This document shows positions 19,300-30,800 of a stretch of DNA of 64,000 bases, one piece after another. The notes under the pieces are model-generated. The model was not told the origin of the DNA, ran no database searches, and saw only the letters and a list, made by a program, of their open reading frames with translations. This DNA is from Candidatus Heimdallarchaeum endolithica (lineage in GTDB: Archaea; Asgardarchaeota; Heimdallarchaeia; Heimdallarchaeales; Heimdallarchaeaceae). Positions within the stretch are counted from its first letter, which is position 1, and each line of letters begins with the position of its first letter. The position numbers were made by a program, and so were the translations under genes. The stretch lies in the NCBI GenBank assembly GCA_021513715.1, contig CP084167.1:2560001-2624000 (forward strand). Direction: 5' to 3'.

Positions 19300-20598
19300 A
19301 TGGAAAAAACTAATCTTTTTAGTATTCGTTATGAAGCAATTTTTAAAACAGTTATACAAACGTTAATTTTGTTCTTAATCTTGTTTTTTCCTTTTGTATT
19401 TAACTTTGTTACTACATCTCCTCCCTATACTATAAATAACTATGGTCCTGGTGGTTATTCTATTTTTAGAGAAAAACTAGTAGAAGAGGACTTTAATGTT
19501 TCCCGTATCTTGATAAGCACAGAAAATCTGTTAGATCTTCCTAAATCGTCAATTTTAATAATTGCTGGAGGAACAAAGTCTTATAGAAATATCGAGATCC
19601 AAAGAATTACCGCCTTTTTATATCGTGGAGGAACAGTCTTTTTGCTTATTGACTCTATTACTTCACAAAACTTAGCACTCAAACTGAATATTAGTTCTTC
19701 AATGAGTAATATCATGGAAACAGTTAATTATTACAAGAGCCCAGAAATTGTCTTGACAGAAGCTCCATTTAAGGAAGTTCTCAAATATTCTCCGATCGAT
19801 AAGTTAGCTTTTCTTCAACCTAAAGTTGTTTATGGTTCTACAAACACTTACCTTAAAATAAAAACAAATAATACAGCTTTTCTTGATTCAAATTTTGATA
19901 AAAAATGGTCTATGTATAAAGAGGATTTAAGAGAATACACTATAGCTAGGGTTGAAGGTCGAGGGTCAGGGGTTTTAATAGTTGTTGGTTCTCCAAGTTT
20001 CTTGACAAATGACTTATATGTTGCTGGTTTTGCTAATATTAATACTACAATTTATCTCTTAAAACTCTATTCTAGTTACTTGTTTGGTGAAGGAGCGAGA
20101 TATGTTTACTTTGATGAAAGTCATAAACGTTGGTCAATTTGGTCTAGAGATGGTCTAATTAACCAAACTTACGGGACTATTACTCTTCTTACACAATCTG
20201 AAGCTTTTATTCTTATGATTATTCTCTTGATTATAGGACTTTACTATATATTACCTAATATTCGCAAATTTAAAAGAAAATCGAAAAAAGGCTATAAAGA
20301 CTTCCTAAAAAAGCATATCTATAGCAAAGAAAGAGAACTTTATGATACTTTGGGACAAGCAGTAAAACCAACTGAAGAAGAAAAAATATTAACTTCTTTA
20401 TATTTTCAATATGAAAACTTTCCAAATAGAGTGTACAACATCTATTTGCAAAGAAAGTTGAATAATGTCAGTGAAAAGAACTTTACTGACGAAGAAAAAA
20501 CATTGTTTAATGAAATTATAAAAAGAAAAATTGATTTCAAAGTATTTATTTATTTGTTTAATAAATTAGAAGAAATCCAAAAGAGGAATTTAGTATGA
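19300..20598 (+). CDS. DUF4350-domain membrane protein (module A)
   Basis: YTINNYGPGGYS, FL.RGGTVFL, GSGVLIVVGSPSFLTN, VYFDESH, flanked by TM segments. Confidence 0.75.
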   Translation: MEKTNLFSIRYEAIFKTVIQTLILFLILFFPFVFNFVTTSPPYTINNYGPGGYSIFREKLVEEDFNVSRILISTENLLDLPKSSILIIAGGTKSYRNIEIQRITAFLYRGGTVFLLIDSITSQNLALKLNISSSMSNIMETVNYYKSPEIVLTEAPFKEVLKYSPIDKLAFLQPKVVYGSTNTYLKIKTNNTAFLDSNFDKKWSMYKEDLREYTIARVEGRGSGVLIVVGSPSFLTNDLYVAGFANINTTIYLLKLYSSYLFGEGARYVYFDESHKRWSIWSRDGLINQTYGTITLLTQSEAFILMIILLIIGLYYILPNIRKFKRKSKKGYKDFLKKHIYSKERELYDTLGQAVKPTEEEKILTSLYFQYENFPNRVYNIYLQRKLNNVSEKNFTDEEKTLFNEIIKRKIDFKVFIYLFNKLEEIQKRNLV

Positions 20599-21536
20599 AT
20601 GTAGAAGAAACAAAAGAAATTTTCCAAAAAGTCTTGGAACAGATGAAAAAAAGAATTGTTGGGAACGATAAAGTGATAGAATTAATTTTTGCAACAATGT
20701 TAGCAGATGGGCATGTGCTTTTGGAAGGAGTACCAGGTATCGCTAAGACATTAATGGCATCCACTTTAGCAGAAATACTTGATCTAAATTTTAAACGGAT
20801 TCAATTCACTCCTGATTTACTTCCAGCTGATATTACTGGAGGAAATATTTACAACAGAAAAACAAATGAGTTTGATTTTGTTAAAGGGCCTGTTTTCACT
20901 AATATCCTTTTAGCTGATGAAATAAATAGGAGTCCTCCTAAGACTCAATCTGCTCTTCTAGAGGCCATGCAAGAACATCAGGTGTCTAGTGGAACTAAAA
21001 CATATGACTTACCAGACCCATTTTTTGTTATTGCAACTCAAAATCCAATAGAAAGTACGGGAGTTTATCCTCTTCCTGAAGCGCAAATTGATAGATTTTT
21101 AGTAAAAATTTTAGTTAAACCTCCAAACGTGACTGGAGAAGTTGAAATGTTGAAAATGAAAAAAGAAAAAATGTTTGCTGATGTTGATATGGTTATAAGG
21201 AAAGAAACAATTTTGACTATGAAAAAAGAAATTGAGACAAATGTTAAGATTTCTGATCAAGTGTTGGAATATATCGCTAAGCTTGTAACAGCAACAAGAG
21301 AAATCCCCTCTTTATCACTAGGTGCAAGTCCCCGCGGTTCTATTGCTTTATTGACACTCAGTCGGTCTATTGCTGCAATAAATGGACGAGATTATGTGGA
21401 GCCTGATGATATTAAATCTATCTTCCATGCTGTGATTAATCATCGTTTAATATTATCACCTGAAGCAGAAATTGAACAAATAAGAGTGGAAGAAATAATT
21501 AAGAATCTCCTTTCTGAAGTTGAAGTAGTTATATAA
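20595..21536 (+). CDS. moxR: MoxR-family AAA+ ATPase (module A)
   Basis: GHVLLEGVPGIAKT, RIQFTPDLLPAD, LADEINRSPPKTQSALLEAMQE, ATQNPIE, YPLPEAQIDRF, GASPR. Confidence 0.96.
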   Translation: MNVEETKEIFQKVLEQMKKRIVGNDKVIELIFATMLADGHVLLEGVPGIAKTLMASTLAEILDLNFKRIQFTPDLLPADITGGNIYNRKTNEFDFVKGPVFTNILLADEINRSPPKTQSALLEAMQEHQVSSGTKTYDLPDPFFVIATQNPIESTGVYPLPEAQIDRFLVKILVKPPNVTGEVEMLKMKKEKMFADVDMVIRKETILTMKKEIETNVKISDQVLEYIAKLVTATREIPSLSLGASPRGSIALLTLSRSIAAINGRDYVEPDDIKSIFHAVINHRLILSPEAEIEQIRVEEIIKNLLSEVEVVI

Positions 21537-21555
21537 TTCAAACAGTGGTGAAAAC

Positions 21556-22935
21556 TTGTCTCTAGAAACAAGAACGGAATTAACTAGATCAGGACGATTT
21601 CTCATACTTGTAGGCTCTATTATGCTTGTTTTAGGAATTGCTATCGAAAATTATTTGTTTATTATTCCTGGATTGTTTCTTCTATTGGTTATTACTTCAA
21701 TTCTTGTTAATTTCTTCCTTTTTCAAAGTTTTCCTGAAGCTTCTATACTCGTTTCAAAAGATCATGTTCGAAGTAGGGGATTGGTTGCTGTAGTAGGTAG
21801 TATTCAAAATAAAAACAAAAAAAAGTTAACTTGTCGTATAACTTTAAACTACTCTTATCACTTTCTCATGGTTGAAAAGCCTGAATCTTATCTTATTCAA
21901 GTTGAACCAAATTCTGAAACTAAGCTAGATTGGTATTTACTAGCTGTTAGAAGAGGTAATGGGATTATTGGACCAATTTCAATTTCTTTTGGATTCTTTC
22001 AACAATTATTTATTAATCAAGTAATCTATTCAGAAAAAATACAAATAAAAATACTTCCTCAAAGACCAAAAGTTCAAATTCCATGGAAAACAAAAAAGGA
22101 TCTCTTGATGCAACTAGTAAACCAATTTGCTCAAAGAGTAAAAGGTCAAGGAACAGAATTTTTCGCTTTAAGAGATTATTTACCTGGAGATGAGATGAAG
22201 CACATAGATTGGAGAGCTACAGCTAGACACGATAAGCTTATAACAAGAGAATTTGAAGACGAGAAACAACTTCACTTTCTCATTTTTCTTGATCTAGGCA
22301 GTACCATGTTTGGACCAAAGTTTGACTATGCCTTATCAAGCGTCGTTTCTCTTTGTAGTTTAATAAAAGGAACTAATCATGATCTGACTGTGGTAGCTTA
22401 CTCGCATGTGGTAGAAAAATTTATTGTACCTCAAATTGGAATCCATGAACTTAAACTCATGCTTAATTTATATGATTTAGACGCCACAGGCGTTCAAAGT
22501 GATTTTGTAGAAGCTGCAAAATTTGCAAGAACACAAAATTTTCATCATAGTATTGCTATTATCTTTTCAGATTTAGATGGCGACATTAATCAAAAACTTC
22601 GTGGGCTAGATATTCTTAAGTTAATGGGATCTAAGATAATATTTGTTAATTTTTCTACACCAAATTTTAATATCCTTGCTTCAAAGGAATGGTTAATTGA
22701 AAAATCTCCCACCATATCTTATTCTACTATTCTGGATAAAGTCTTTTCAAGTTTAACAATGGATGAATATAAAATTAGAGAATTAAAAGTAAGAAGAATA
22801 TTAAATGCTTTTGATGGAGATTTTGTTTCAATATATGGTTATGATGACGATGTTGTTTTAGCACTTTATCGTTTAATGAAAAAATATAATCCAAAGCGAA
22901 AATTAGATGTTTTTTATAACAGAGGGGAAACTTAA
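21556..22935 (+). CDS. DUF58 / vWA-domain protein with N-terminal TMs (module A)
   Basis: GTEFFALRDYLPGDEMKHIDWRATAR...LITREFE; the MIDAS position reads DLGST; IIFSDL. Confidence 0.9.
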   Translation: MSLETRTELTRSGRFLILVGSIMLVLGIAIENYLFIIPGLFLLLVITSILVNFFLFQSFPEASILVSKDHVRSRGLVAVVGSIQNKNKKKLTCRITLNYSYHFLMVEKPESYLIQVEPNSETKLDWYLLAVRRGNGIIGPISISFGFFQQLFINQVIYSEKIQIKILPQRPKVQIPWKTKKDLLMQLVNQFAQRVKGQGTEFFALRDYLPGDEMKHIDWRATARHDKLITREFEDEKQLHFLIFLDLGSTMFGPKFDYALSSVVSLCSLIKGTNHDLTVVAYSHVVEKFIVPQIGIHELKLMLNLYDLDATGVQSDFVEAAKFARTQNFHHSIAIIFSDLDGDINQKLRGLDILKLMGSKIIFVNFSTPNFNILASKEWLIEKSPTISYSTILDKVFSSLTMDEYKIRELKVRRILNAFDGDFVSIYGYDDDVVLALYRLMKKYNPKRKLDVFYNRGET

Positions 22936-23702
22936 TGGTAAGAATACGTGATGCAGATTTTAACGCAAATTGGAATTTGGAATTAAAAAAAACAAGAGGT
23001 TTTCAAATTATACAAATTCTTCATCTTTTGTTTGGCTTTATAGCTTTGTTACTTGTCCTTATTCAATCTATTTTGAGTGAAAATGTTATTATCTTTACAG
23101 TTTGGTTGTCATTTGCAATAATACTCCTGTTAATTGATATTTCTCACGGGAGTAATATTAAGATTCAAGATGAAATGACTTTTTTTGGTTTAGTGCTTTT
23201 GGGAACACTATTTTCTATGTATTTTGCAAATATAGAGTCAATGTTTTTTATTGATAACCTTAACCAGTTAAATATAATATCATATCAGATTATGGTTGGA
23301 GTATCTATCTCTCTGCGTCTCTTCCTTGCTATATACTTTGAATCCTTATATTCTAAAGAGTTTAAGGTTTTACATCCAAAAACTATCTATTCTTCTGAAC
23401 AATTGGAGATGTATAAAAGTAATTTGCTAAAAACCAATTTCTCAGTAAAGCAAGTTAGACAGCTAGATCTTAAAGAGCAATTTTACTATCTTGTATCTAA
23501 AATATTTGTTCCAATAATCATTATTGGGTTTTTTGTACTGTTATCTTATGCTTATGCTTATTTTATTTACTTGCTTTTGCCCAATGACGTGCTTAAAGAA
23601 TTTATAGTTAAGCCTGCTTTTATTGTTTTTTCATTATTGTTCAGTTTTATATTGGTAAGAGTAGCTAATTCTTTACCAGAGCTTATCAAAAAAAGTTCGT
23701 GA
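22935..23702 (+). CDS. Multi-pass membrane protein (module A terminal gene)
   Basis: About 6 hydrophobic segments; TAATG stop/start overlap with the DUF58 gene. Confidence 0.7.
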   Translation: MVRIRDADFNANWNLELKKTRGFQIIQILHLLFGFIALLLVLIQSILSENVIIFTVWLSFAIILLLIDISHGSNIKIQDEMTFFGLVLLGTLFSMYFANIESMFFIDNLNQLNIISYQIMVGVSISLRLFLAIYFESLYSKEFKVLHPKTIYSSEQLEMYKSNLLKTNFSVKQVRQLDLKEQFYYLVSKIFVPIIIIGFFVLLSYAYAYFIYLLLPNDVLKEFIVKPAFIVFSLLFSFILVRVANSLPELIKKSS

Positions 23703-23789
23703 GAAAGATATAGACTTAAAATATTTATTAAATTTAAATAAACCCTTTTTGCAACAAATTTTACTGGCTATAAAAAGTAAAAGAGTGTT

Positions 23790-24500
23790 TTACTTTAAAT
23801 CTTGTTCCCAATATTTTTTCAATTGTTCTAGTGTTGGAGCTCTTCCGCATGTTTTCTCATTTTCAGGACAGTATCCATAAAAATCACAGAAAGCACCAGC
23901 TTTCTTAAACAACACTGGAGCTACTTTTTTTACTTCATTCAGCATTTTATTAGCAAGTTCTCTTATTTCCCATTGAGCTCTTGTACAACATCGCGATGCA
24001 AAAAAATCTATTAATGCATGAGCATTCATAGAAACAACTAATTGAGTGCTTGTTGAATTTGGAAGAATATATCTTGCATCTTCTTTTGGTATCCCTTTTT
24101 CTACTAATTTGTTATAAAAGACAAATAACTCATTAATTTTATTTTCGTACTCTTCTTTCATTCCTGATTCAGTAATTGTTTTAGGCGTAATAAAACTAAA
24201 AGAAGAAGCATTAACATACCTCTGTGATTGTTGTGAGTAACTTGCTATTCTTTTTCTTACTAATTGATGAGATAACACTCTACTCACACCTGATACGTGA
24301 AATACAAAAATATTATGCTCAATAATTGAAAGATGGCCTGATTCAATAATTTTACATAAATATTCTTCTTTTTTTAGTTTAGCTTTTTGTTTGACTCTTT
24401 CTAACTCTGCTTCTTCACTATAACAAATTACTGCTGCTATATTCGCAATTAATTCAGCTTCTTCAGGATAACTAATAAGGCTAACTTCGATAATGTTCAC
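23790..24500 (-). CDS. thyX: FAD-dependent thymidylate synthase
   Basis: GHLSIIEH, GVSRVLSHQLVRKRIASYSQQSQRYV, EDARYILP, AQWEIR. Confidence 0.95.
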   Translation of the reverse strand: MNIIEVSLISYPEEAELIANIAAVICYSEEAELERVKQKAKLKKEEYLCKIIESGHLSIIEHNIFVFHVSGVSRVLSHQLVRKRIASYSQQSQRYVNASSFSFITPKTITESGMKEEYENKINELFVFYNKLVEKGIPKEDARYILPNSTSTQLVVSMNAHALIDFFASRCCTRAQWEIRELANKMLNEVKKVAPVLFKKAGAFCDFYGYCPENEKTCGRAPTLEQLKKYWEQDLK

Positions 24501-24692
24501 TTCCTTCGATTATTTATCTCTTATAATCCATTATTATGACCTATTTCAAATTTGTTTCTATTGATTTTTACAAACTATTAACACTCCCTTTATTAAGCAA
24601 AATGAAATCAGAAACCTTTTTGAACTAAAAAGTATAATATTAAAAATAGGGTGTTATATTACATTATTCTAAGATAAGATAGAGGATTCTTT

Positions 24693-27600
24693 ATGGCAAC
24701 GAAAGTAAAAAAACTAAAAACTACAAAAAGGTTGAAGCATAAACCAGCTGTTATTCCTAAAAAAACAAGGAAAATCAAGACCAAAAAAAGTAAGCTCCCT
24801 ATAGTTACTGTAGAGGAAAAGAAATTAAAAGTAAAAAATATTATTTTTACGATTATCTTTGGAGCTTTAACAATTGCAGCATTTTTCTTTAGAAGAATTA
24901 TAAGTAATCTAAATCCTCCATCAGATCCTGTGACAGAGCTTATTATCACAATTGTACGTATGTTTTTAATAGGATTGTTCACATATATTACACTCTTATC
25001 TTTTGAAACTTATAAAGTAAAATTTCATCCTAAACCATTAAGAATATTATTGACGATTATAACATTAATTATATTTTTCCCCTTAACTTTATTCAAGTAT
25101 TATACAAGGCATAATGTTTGGCGAATTATATTTGTAGGAACTACAATTCTCTCACTTTTTATGACCTTCTTTGGGTCGTACCTTACTGGTGTCTTTTATA
25201 GAGATAGTTTAAATGGAGCAGAACCAGATAAGAATCAAATAGATACAAGTTTCTTATCATCCCCTTTTATTATTAATCTTCCAGTTGATATAGAATCTTT
25301 CTTAGATTTATTAAATAATTTAGGTAACCTTGATGATCTTACTTTAGAAACAAGCGTTGCTAATATTACAGCTCAAGATGGTTTTTTAGGTAATTTTCTC
25401 TATCGCTGGGATGTATATGATGAATACAATCCAGATGGGTGGGAATTTGAAAAATCAAATGAAGCAACTTTGTATAACATTCCACAAGATGAGAGAGGAG
25501 AACCTGATGATTTTGATGATGCTACAGATGTAAAAATGTCTATTCAGCAGTCAATTTATACTGCTACAAGCGGTGTGGATATTAGTTTACTTTCAACTTG
25601 GAATTCCATTTATCGTCCTCATATTGATTGGGAAAGTGATTGGAGTGATAATGTAAAAGATCTACAAGGTAATTCAGTAGGTTCTAGTGATACAAGTATT
25701 TACTATGACACTCAAGATCAGCTTCATTTAAAAACAAAAGCAGATAAATCCGATCCGTTAACTCCTTTTCAGGGAACTTTTGAGTATAGTACTTACTTTA
25801 TGTACGAGGATGATGTAGATTATATAATGCAAAACTCTCTTGACTATGAAAATTTAGACAATAATTATATTCAATCAGAGTATTCAGCATTTTTACAAGC
25901 TCCAGAAGGATATTATGATACAATCTCAACAGCTGTTACAAACTTTGCTGATAATGAAATAGGTAGTACAATAGATTCTTCAACTTCGGTTTATGATGTT
26001 GTTAGTAGTGTAATACAAAATGTGCTAAATAAAGGGAATTTAGAAAATATTTTTGGTGCAACAAATGTAGATACTGGAGGAGAAGATCCAGCCAATGTGC
26101 TAGCTAGAAACGAAAATGCACCATCTTCTGCTTACATTTCTCTTACTGTTATGGCTTTGAGAAGACTAGGTATTCCTGCTCGTCCTGTAATGGGTTTTGC
26201 AGTAGGTAGTGGAACTGAGAGTTACAGAGAAATTAAATTGGCAAACTTATACTATTGGGTAGAAGTTTTAATGCCATTAGATACAGATAACGATGGTTCA
26301 ACTGATGAATATCGTTGGGGTCAATTTCAAATAGGCCCATATCCTGTTGATGAATCAACATTTGTTTTTTGTGAAAATAGTCTTAATGCCCAATATGATT
26401 TGGATTTACAAATATTTGAACAAACCCCGGGAGATGTTAGAACAATGTCTTCTGGAGAAGGTGAAATATCTCTTGTTGACCATGGAGTAACATATACTAT
26501 TCAAGTTACTGCAACTAGAAGTGGGAATCCTTCTGAAAACATTCCTATAACCTTAAAATCTTACTCTGCAAGTGAATTACAAGGAGGATTTTCTACTTCC
26601 ATTTTATCTGGTGGAATAGAGATTTCTCAACAACCTGTTTTAACTGATGCTTCTGGTGTCGCGACGTTGTCTTATGAATTTACATCGCAGAATTACTCTA
26701 CATTTGATTTTGCGGATCAAACAGGTACTACATATTTTATTGTAGCTCTTAATGGATTAAATAGTTACTCTGCAAAAGGTGTGGCGATATTTCCTTTTGG
26801 TTATTTAACTGATGTAGTACTAAATGCATCAAAACAAACGATACCTAATCCTCAGAATCCAGCAGAAACGAAAACCTATTACTTGATTCAACAAGGATGG
26901 AAATATGAAATGTTTACTTATCTCTACAAAGATGGGCCTCCCGGAACTGACCCTTTAGAAAATCGGACAGTAAACTATTACCTTTTAACTCCAGAGCAAC
27001 TACAAGATGTGCTTAATGGTGCTACAATAGATCCAGCACAGTTTACCTTAATTGGAAGTGTTACAACAGATCCGAATGGTAACTCTTCAGTTTTTTCAGT
27101 AAATGATACAACTCACTCTGATTATTTTACCTCATTACAAGTGAACACTACATATGCAATTTTTGCTTTATATGGATTAAATTATTCCTATGCGCCAATA
27201 GTGATAATTGATGGATTAATGGCTTCTGTAAGAGTTAATGATACTGTGCTAGATACAGGTGCAGATGGTCCCACAATGTGGGAAGAAATAAATGTGACTC
27301 TTTCCATGCAACCGCCTAATGGATATGTTGAACCTCTTGCAGATGAAGATACATGGCTGTGGATTGTCTATGAGAGTGATTGGCAAGAATATGATGGTTC
27401 AATCGATGGAACAACATATAATTCCACATTAAATTCCTCGACAAGAAGTTATTATATTGGTCATAGAAAAACTGACTCTAACGGACAAATTATAGAAAAC
27501 TACTTGATTGATGTAAATCAACTTGGAGCAGGAAAATTCAAAATTGTTGCTATTTATTCAGAGAGATGGGAAGGTTCAGAAGATATATTTATTATAACTG

Positions 27601-27800
27601 GGCCAGCTTTAAGCATTATTATAAATACAAAAGATACAGTTGTTTTAGACAGCTATAGAACAGATAATCATTTAGTTGCTTTTGTGAGAAGTATAAATGG
27701 TTTCTTTTGTGCAATATTTTCTACTATAGCTCTTGTCATTGCTAAAAAATATTCCTTTTACAAAAAAAGGAACAATTGTGAGAAAAAAAATAATCGGTGA
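24693..27800 (+). CDS. Large membrane-anchored surface protein with transglutaminase-like domain (catalytic triad absent) and Ig-like repeats
   Basis: Basic N-tail, about 4 TMs, then MALRRLGIPARPVMGF...YYWVEV...WGQF; invasin-type T-D-x-x-G motifs (LTDASG, TTDPNG, KTDSNG); hydrophobic C-terminus. Confidence 0.75.
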   Translation: MATKVKKLKTTKRLKHKPAVIPKKTRKIKTKKSKLPIVTVEEKKLKVKNIIFTIIFGALTIAAFFFRRIISNLNPPSDPVTELIITIVRMFLIGLFTYITLLSFETYKVKFHPKPLRILLTIITLIIFFPLTLFKYYTRHNVWRIIFVGTTILSLFMTFFGSYLTGVFYRDSLNGAEPDKNQIDTSFLSSPFIINLPVDIESFLDLLNNLGNLDDLTLETSVANITAQDGFLGNFLYRWDVYDEYNPDGWEFEKSNEATLYNIPQDERGEPDDFDDATDVKMSIQQSIYTATSGVDISLLSTWNSIYRPHIDWESDWSDNVKDLQGNSVGSSDTSIYYDTQDQLHLKTKADKSDPLTPFQGTFEYSTYFMYEDDVDYIMQNSLDYENLDNNYIQSEYSAFLQAPEGYYDTISTAVTNFADNEIGSTIDSSTSVYDVVSSVIQNVLNKGNLENIFGATNVDTGGEDPANVLARNENAPSSAYISLTVMALRRLGIPARPVMGFAVGSGTESYREIKLANLYYWVEVLMPLDTDNDGSTDEYRWGQFQIGPYPVDESTFVFCENSLNAQYDLDLQIFEQTPGDVRTMSSGEGEISLVDHGVTYTIQVTATRSGNPSENIPITLKSYSASELQGGFSTSILSGGIEISQQPVLTDASGVATLSYEFTSQNYSTFDFADQTGTTYFIVALNGLNSYSAKGVAIFPFGYLTDVVLNASKQTIPNPQNPAETKTYYLIQQGWKYEMFTYLYKDGPPGTDPLENRTVNYYLLTPEQLQDVLNGATIDPAQFTLIGSVTTDPNGNSSVFSVNDTTHSDYFTSLQVNTTYAIFALYGLNYSYAPIVIIDGLMASVRVNDTVLDTGADGPTMWEEINVTLSMQPPNGYVEPLADEDTWLWIVYESDWQEYDGSIDGTTYNSTLNSSTRSYYIGHRKTDSNGQIIENYLIDVNQLGAGKFKIVAIYSERWEGSEDIFIITGPALSIIINTKDTVVLDSYRTDNHLVAFVRSINGFFCAIFSTIALVIAKKYSFYKKRNNCEKKNNR

Positions 27801-30800
27801 GAACTATGAAGCATTATCAGCACAGAAAAATTTGTACAATTTTTATTTCCTTGGTAATATTGGTATCAAGTTTACCAGTTTATTCATTAAATTATGATAA
27901 GATAATATCTAAAAGTGATAATAGTCTGATATTAAAAGAAAATAGTTTAATTAATCATAAGAATAGAGAAAAAACCAATTCTTATTTTCATTACAGTTCT
28001 CACTTTACTAGAAAAGAAAAAGAACTATTTGATAACTATGGTTATTATCGTTTTCCATTAAAAAATAAGTTATATATTGGTACTTCTGAAACTTCTCTTA
28101 GTTCTGGAACGTCTAGGCTGAAACTGAGTATTAGTTCTCCCACAGAAGGGACAAAACTATTTCGTGGAAACACAATAACTGTTAGTGGTGTTCTTCGCTC
28201 AGCTGCACCAAATGACTTCTGGGACGGAGAAACAGTGGAGCTATATTATAACCTAACTGAAGCTGAATTTAAAGTAGATCCTGATTCTTATCGTAGTTCT
28301 AATTATTATGTTACTTCTGTAGTTACAAATAGCAAAGGAGAATTTACTGCAACAATTAGTACATCTACTCTCTCTACTGATTTTCGTTCAAAGGTTGGAA
28401 ATATCACTATTTTCACGTGGTTCAACGGAGATCCAGAGAAAGGGCGTGGGTCTGGTTCTCCTGGCAGTTCTTATGTGTTTGTTTACGGTGGGTTGAAAAC
28501 AGATGTAACATACTCTGTCACTAACCCTAATCAACCTTATTCATTTACAACACAAATATTGTTTGATAATGATACAGTAGTTCAAACTAGTGGAAGTCAG
28601 TATAACATTAAGGTCACTTGGTTAACGGATAATAGAGTCGATATAAATGGGAATTTTACTTTTGATGCCACAAATTCTCATACTTATTCCAACACTAGTC
28701 CTTCCACAATTCAAACGGTGAAATATGAATCATATTATGATAGTTCCCAACTATCATTGAATTTCTTTGTTGCTGTAGGTGATTCTTCTTTTAGTAATCA
28801 ACTTCTCCATTCTGTAAAACAAGCAGCTACAAGTGAACAAGTAGTTGTATCATCCTATTATGTTACAGGAGCTGGATTAACTGATGCAGATATTTTAATA
28901 CTTCTTGATTCATATATAACAGTTTATGCAAATATCTCTGATTCGTCTGGGTTAGTAGGAGCAGGTTATAATGTCACTCTGGAGTTCTATCATGGAACAA
29001 CTAGATATAATTTAACTACGATAAAAACTAATTCTTCTGGAGCTATTCAAACTAAACACTATGTTGACCATAATAACATTGGTGATATAACTATTAATAA
29101 TGCTTTTTATGTAAGGATGACAGTGAGTGCTTCTGAATTCGGAGGAGCTGATGTTACTCCTGACACTCTTGGGTCAGTTTTACAATCAATAATTAATTCT
29201 ATTAGTATATCCATTTCTAACACAACAGTTTTCTATACTCCTGGTAAATCAATAGCATATACTATAACTGTTAAAGATAATTTTGGTAGAAATGCACCAT
29301 TAGCACAGTTTCAAGTGGACTTTCCAGGGTTAAGTACTATCACTTCTTCAACCAGTTCTTCAGGAACAAAAGCATTGTCTTCTATTATTCCTTCTTATGC
29401 TGTTCACACTCAAACAAAAACAATAAATGTTACAGCATTAAATACTGATGGTGGATCGTATAAATACATTGTTAATGGGACTCCTCAAGACAGTGACACA
29501 TTTAACATTTATTTTGACTTAAGTTTAACACTTAAGGGTCCTTATGATTCTAATATTGTTGATGGTGAGACTGTTTCTTACTTTAATAATACTTATTATT
29601 CATTTTTCCAATCTGGTGATATATATAATCTTACTGTGGTTGATGAATGGGGAAGAAATCCTATTGGTGCACCCTTCTCATTAAATTTTGAAGGACAAAT
29701 CGTTTCTGGTGTTATAACATCAGCTAATAACTTCATTGAGCTAGATCCAGATCTTGATCCTGCTACTGGAGTGGATATTAACGTTCCCACGACAATATCG
29801 TTAGTTGCAGCAGCTGGGGAAGCTAATTACCAGTCCTCAATTTCACATACAGTGACTATATATGGACCTGATCTTGATGCTCCTGTCATTAATGGAGAAA
29901 CCTTGTCTCCTAATCCTTTTACAACAGCTTCACATGAACCATTCTTTAATGTTAGTTTTAGTATAAGTGTTTCAGATGTAGGTAGTGGTGTTAGAAGTGT
30001 AATTATTTACTATCAAGTTATTGAATCTAATGACAGTAGTCTGCTTAACCCAGCAAATTGGATTACTTTAACTCTTACAGATTTAGGTGGAGGTATATGG
30101 TTTGGTTATATTAATGCAACTACTGATTATGCCCTACAATATGTACATTATTATATCGAAGTAAAGGATTATGCAGGTTATGGTTTACAGGAAAATGGAA
30201 CAAGACAACCAACTGCTCAATATGATGAAGATTTTGGATTAACAAGTTATTTGTATAATGAAACATATACTAACTACTACCAACTTGGAGATTATGAACC
30301 TCCTATAGAAGTTGCAGTTCCCTCAACTGTAGACTCTCTTGACCCTAAAAATCCTTATCTTAATATTACTGTTTATGTTAATGATAGTCTTATTTATACT
30401 GGAGTATCTCAAGTTTTAATTTTTATCAATCGAACAGCTGTTGGAGGTACTACTGAAATTAACTGGGTAAATGGGGCCAAAATGACTAACATCCCAGGAA
30501 CAAATGCTTGGTTTTATCAATTGTTAGCTGAATATAATTATCAGTATAGCTGGTACTATATAGCTTATGACAATGCTGAACCATCTCCTGGGACTTATAT
30601 GAGTCAAACATATACATATGATGCGATTGATGATAGTCCCCCAATTATCTATAATATTGATGTTGTTCCTTCTTCTGGTCTTCTGTGGAATAGCACTATG
30701 AACTTTACAATAAGAGTAGATGATGTTCAAAATGAAGTAGAAAATGTTACACTTTTTATTGTTTTGACAGACCCAAATGGTGTTGAAGTGGAAAATGAAG

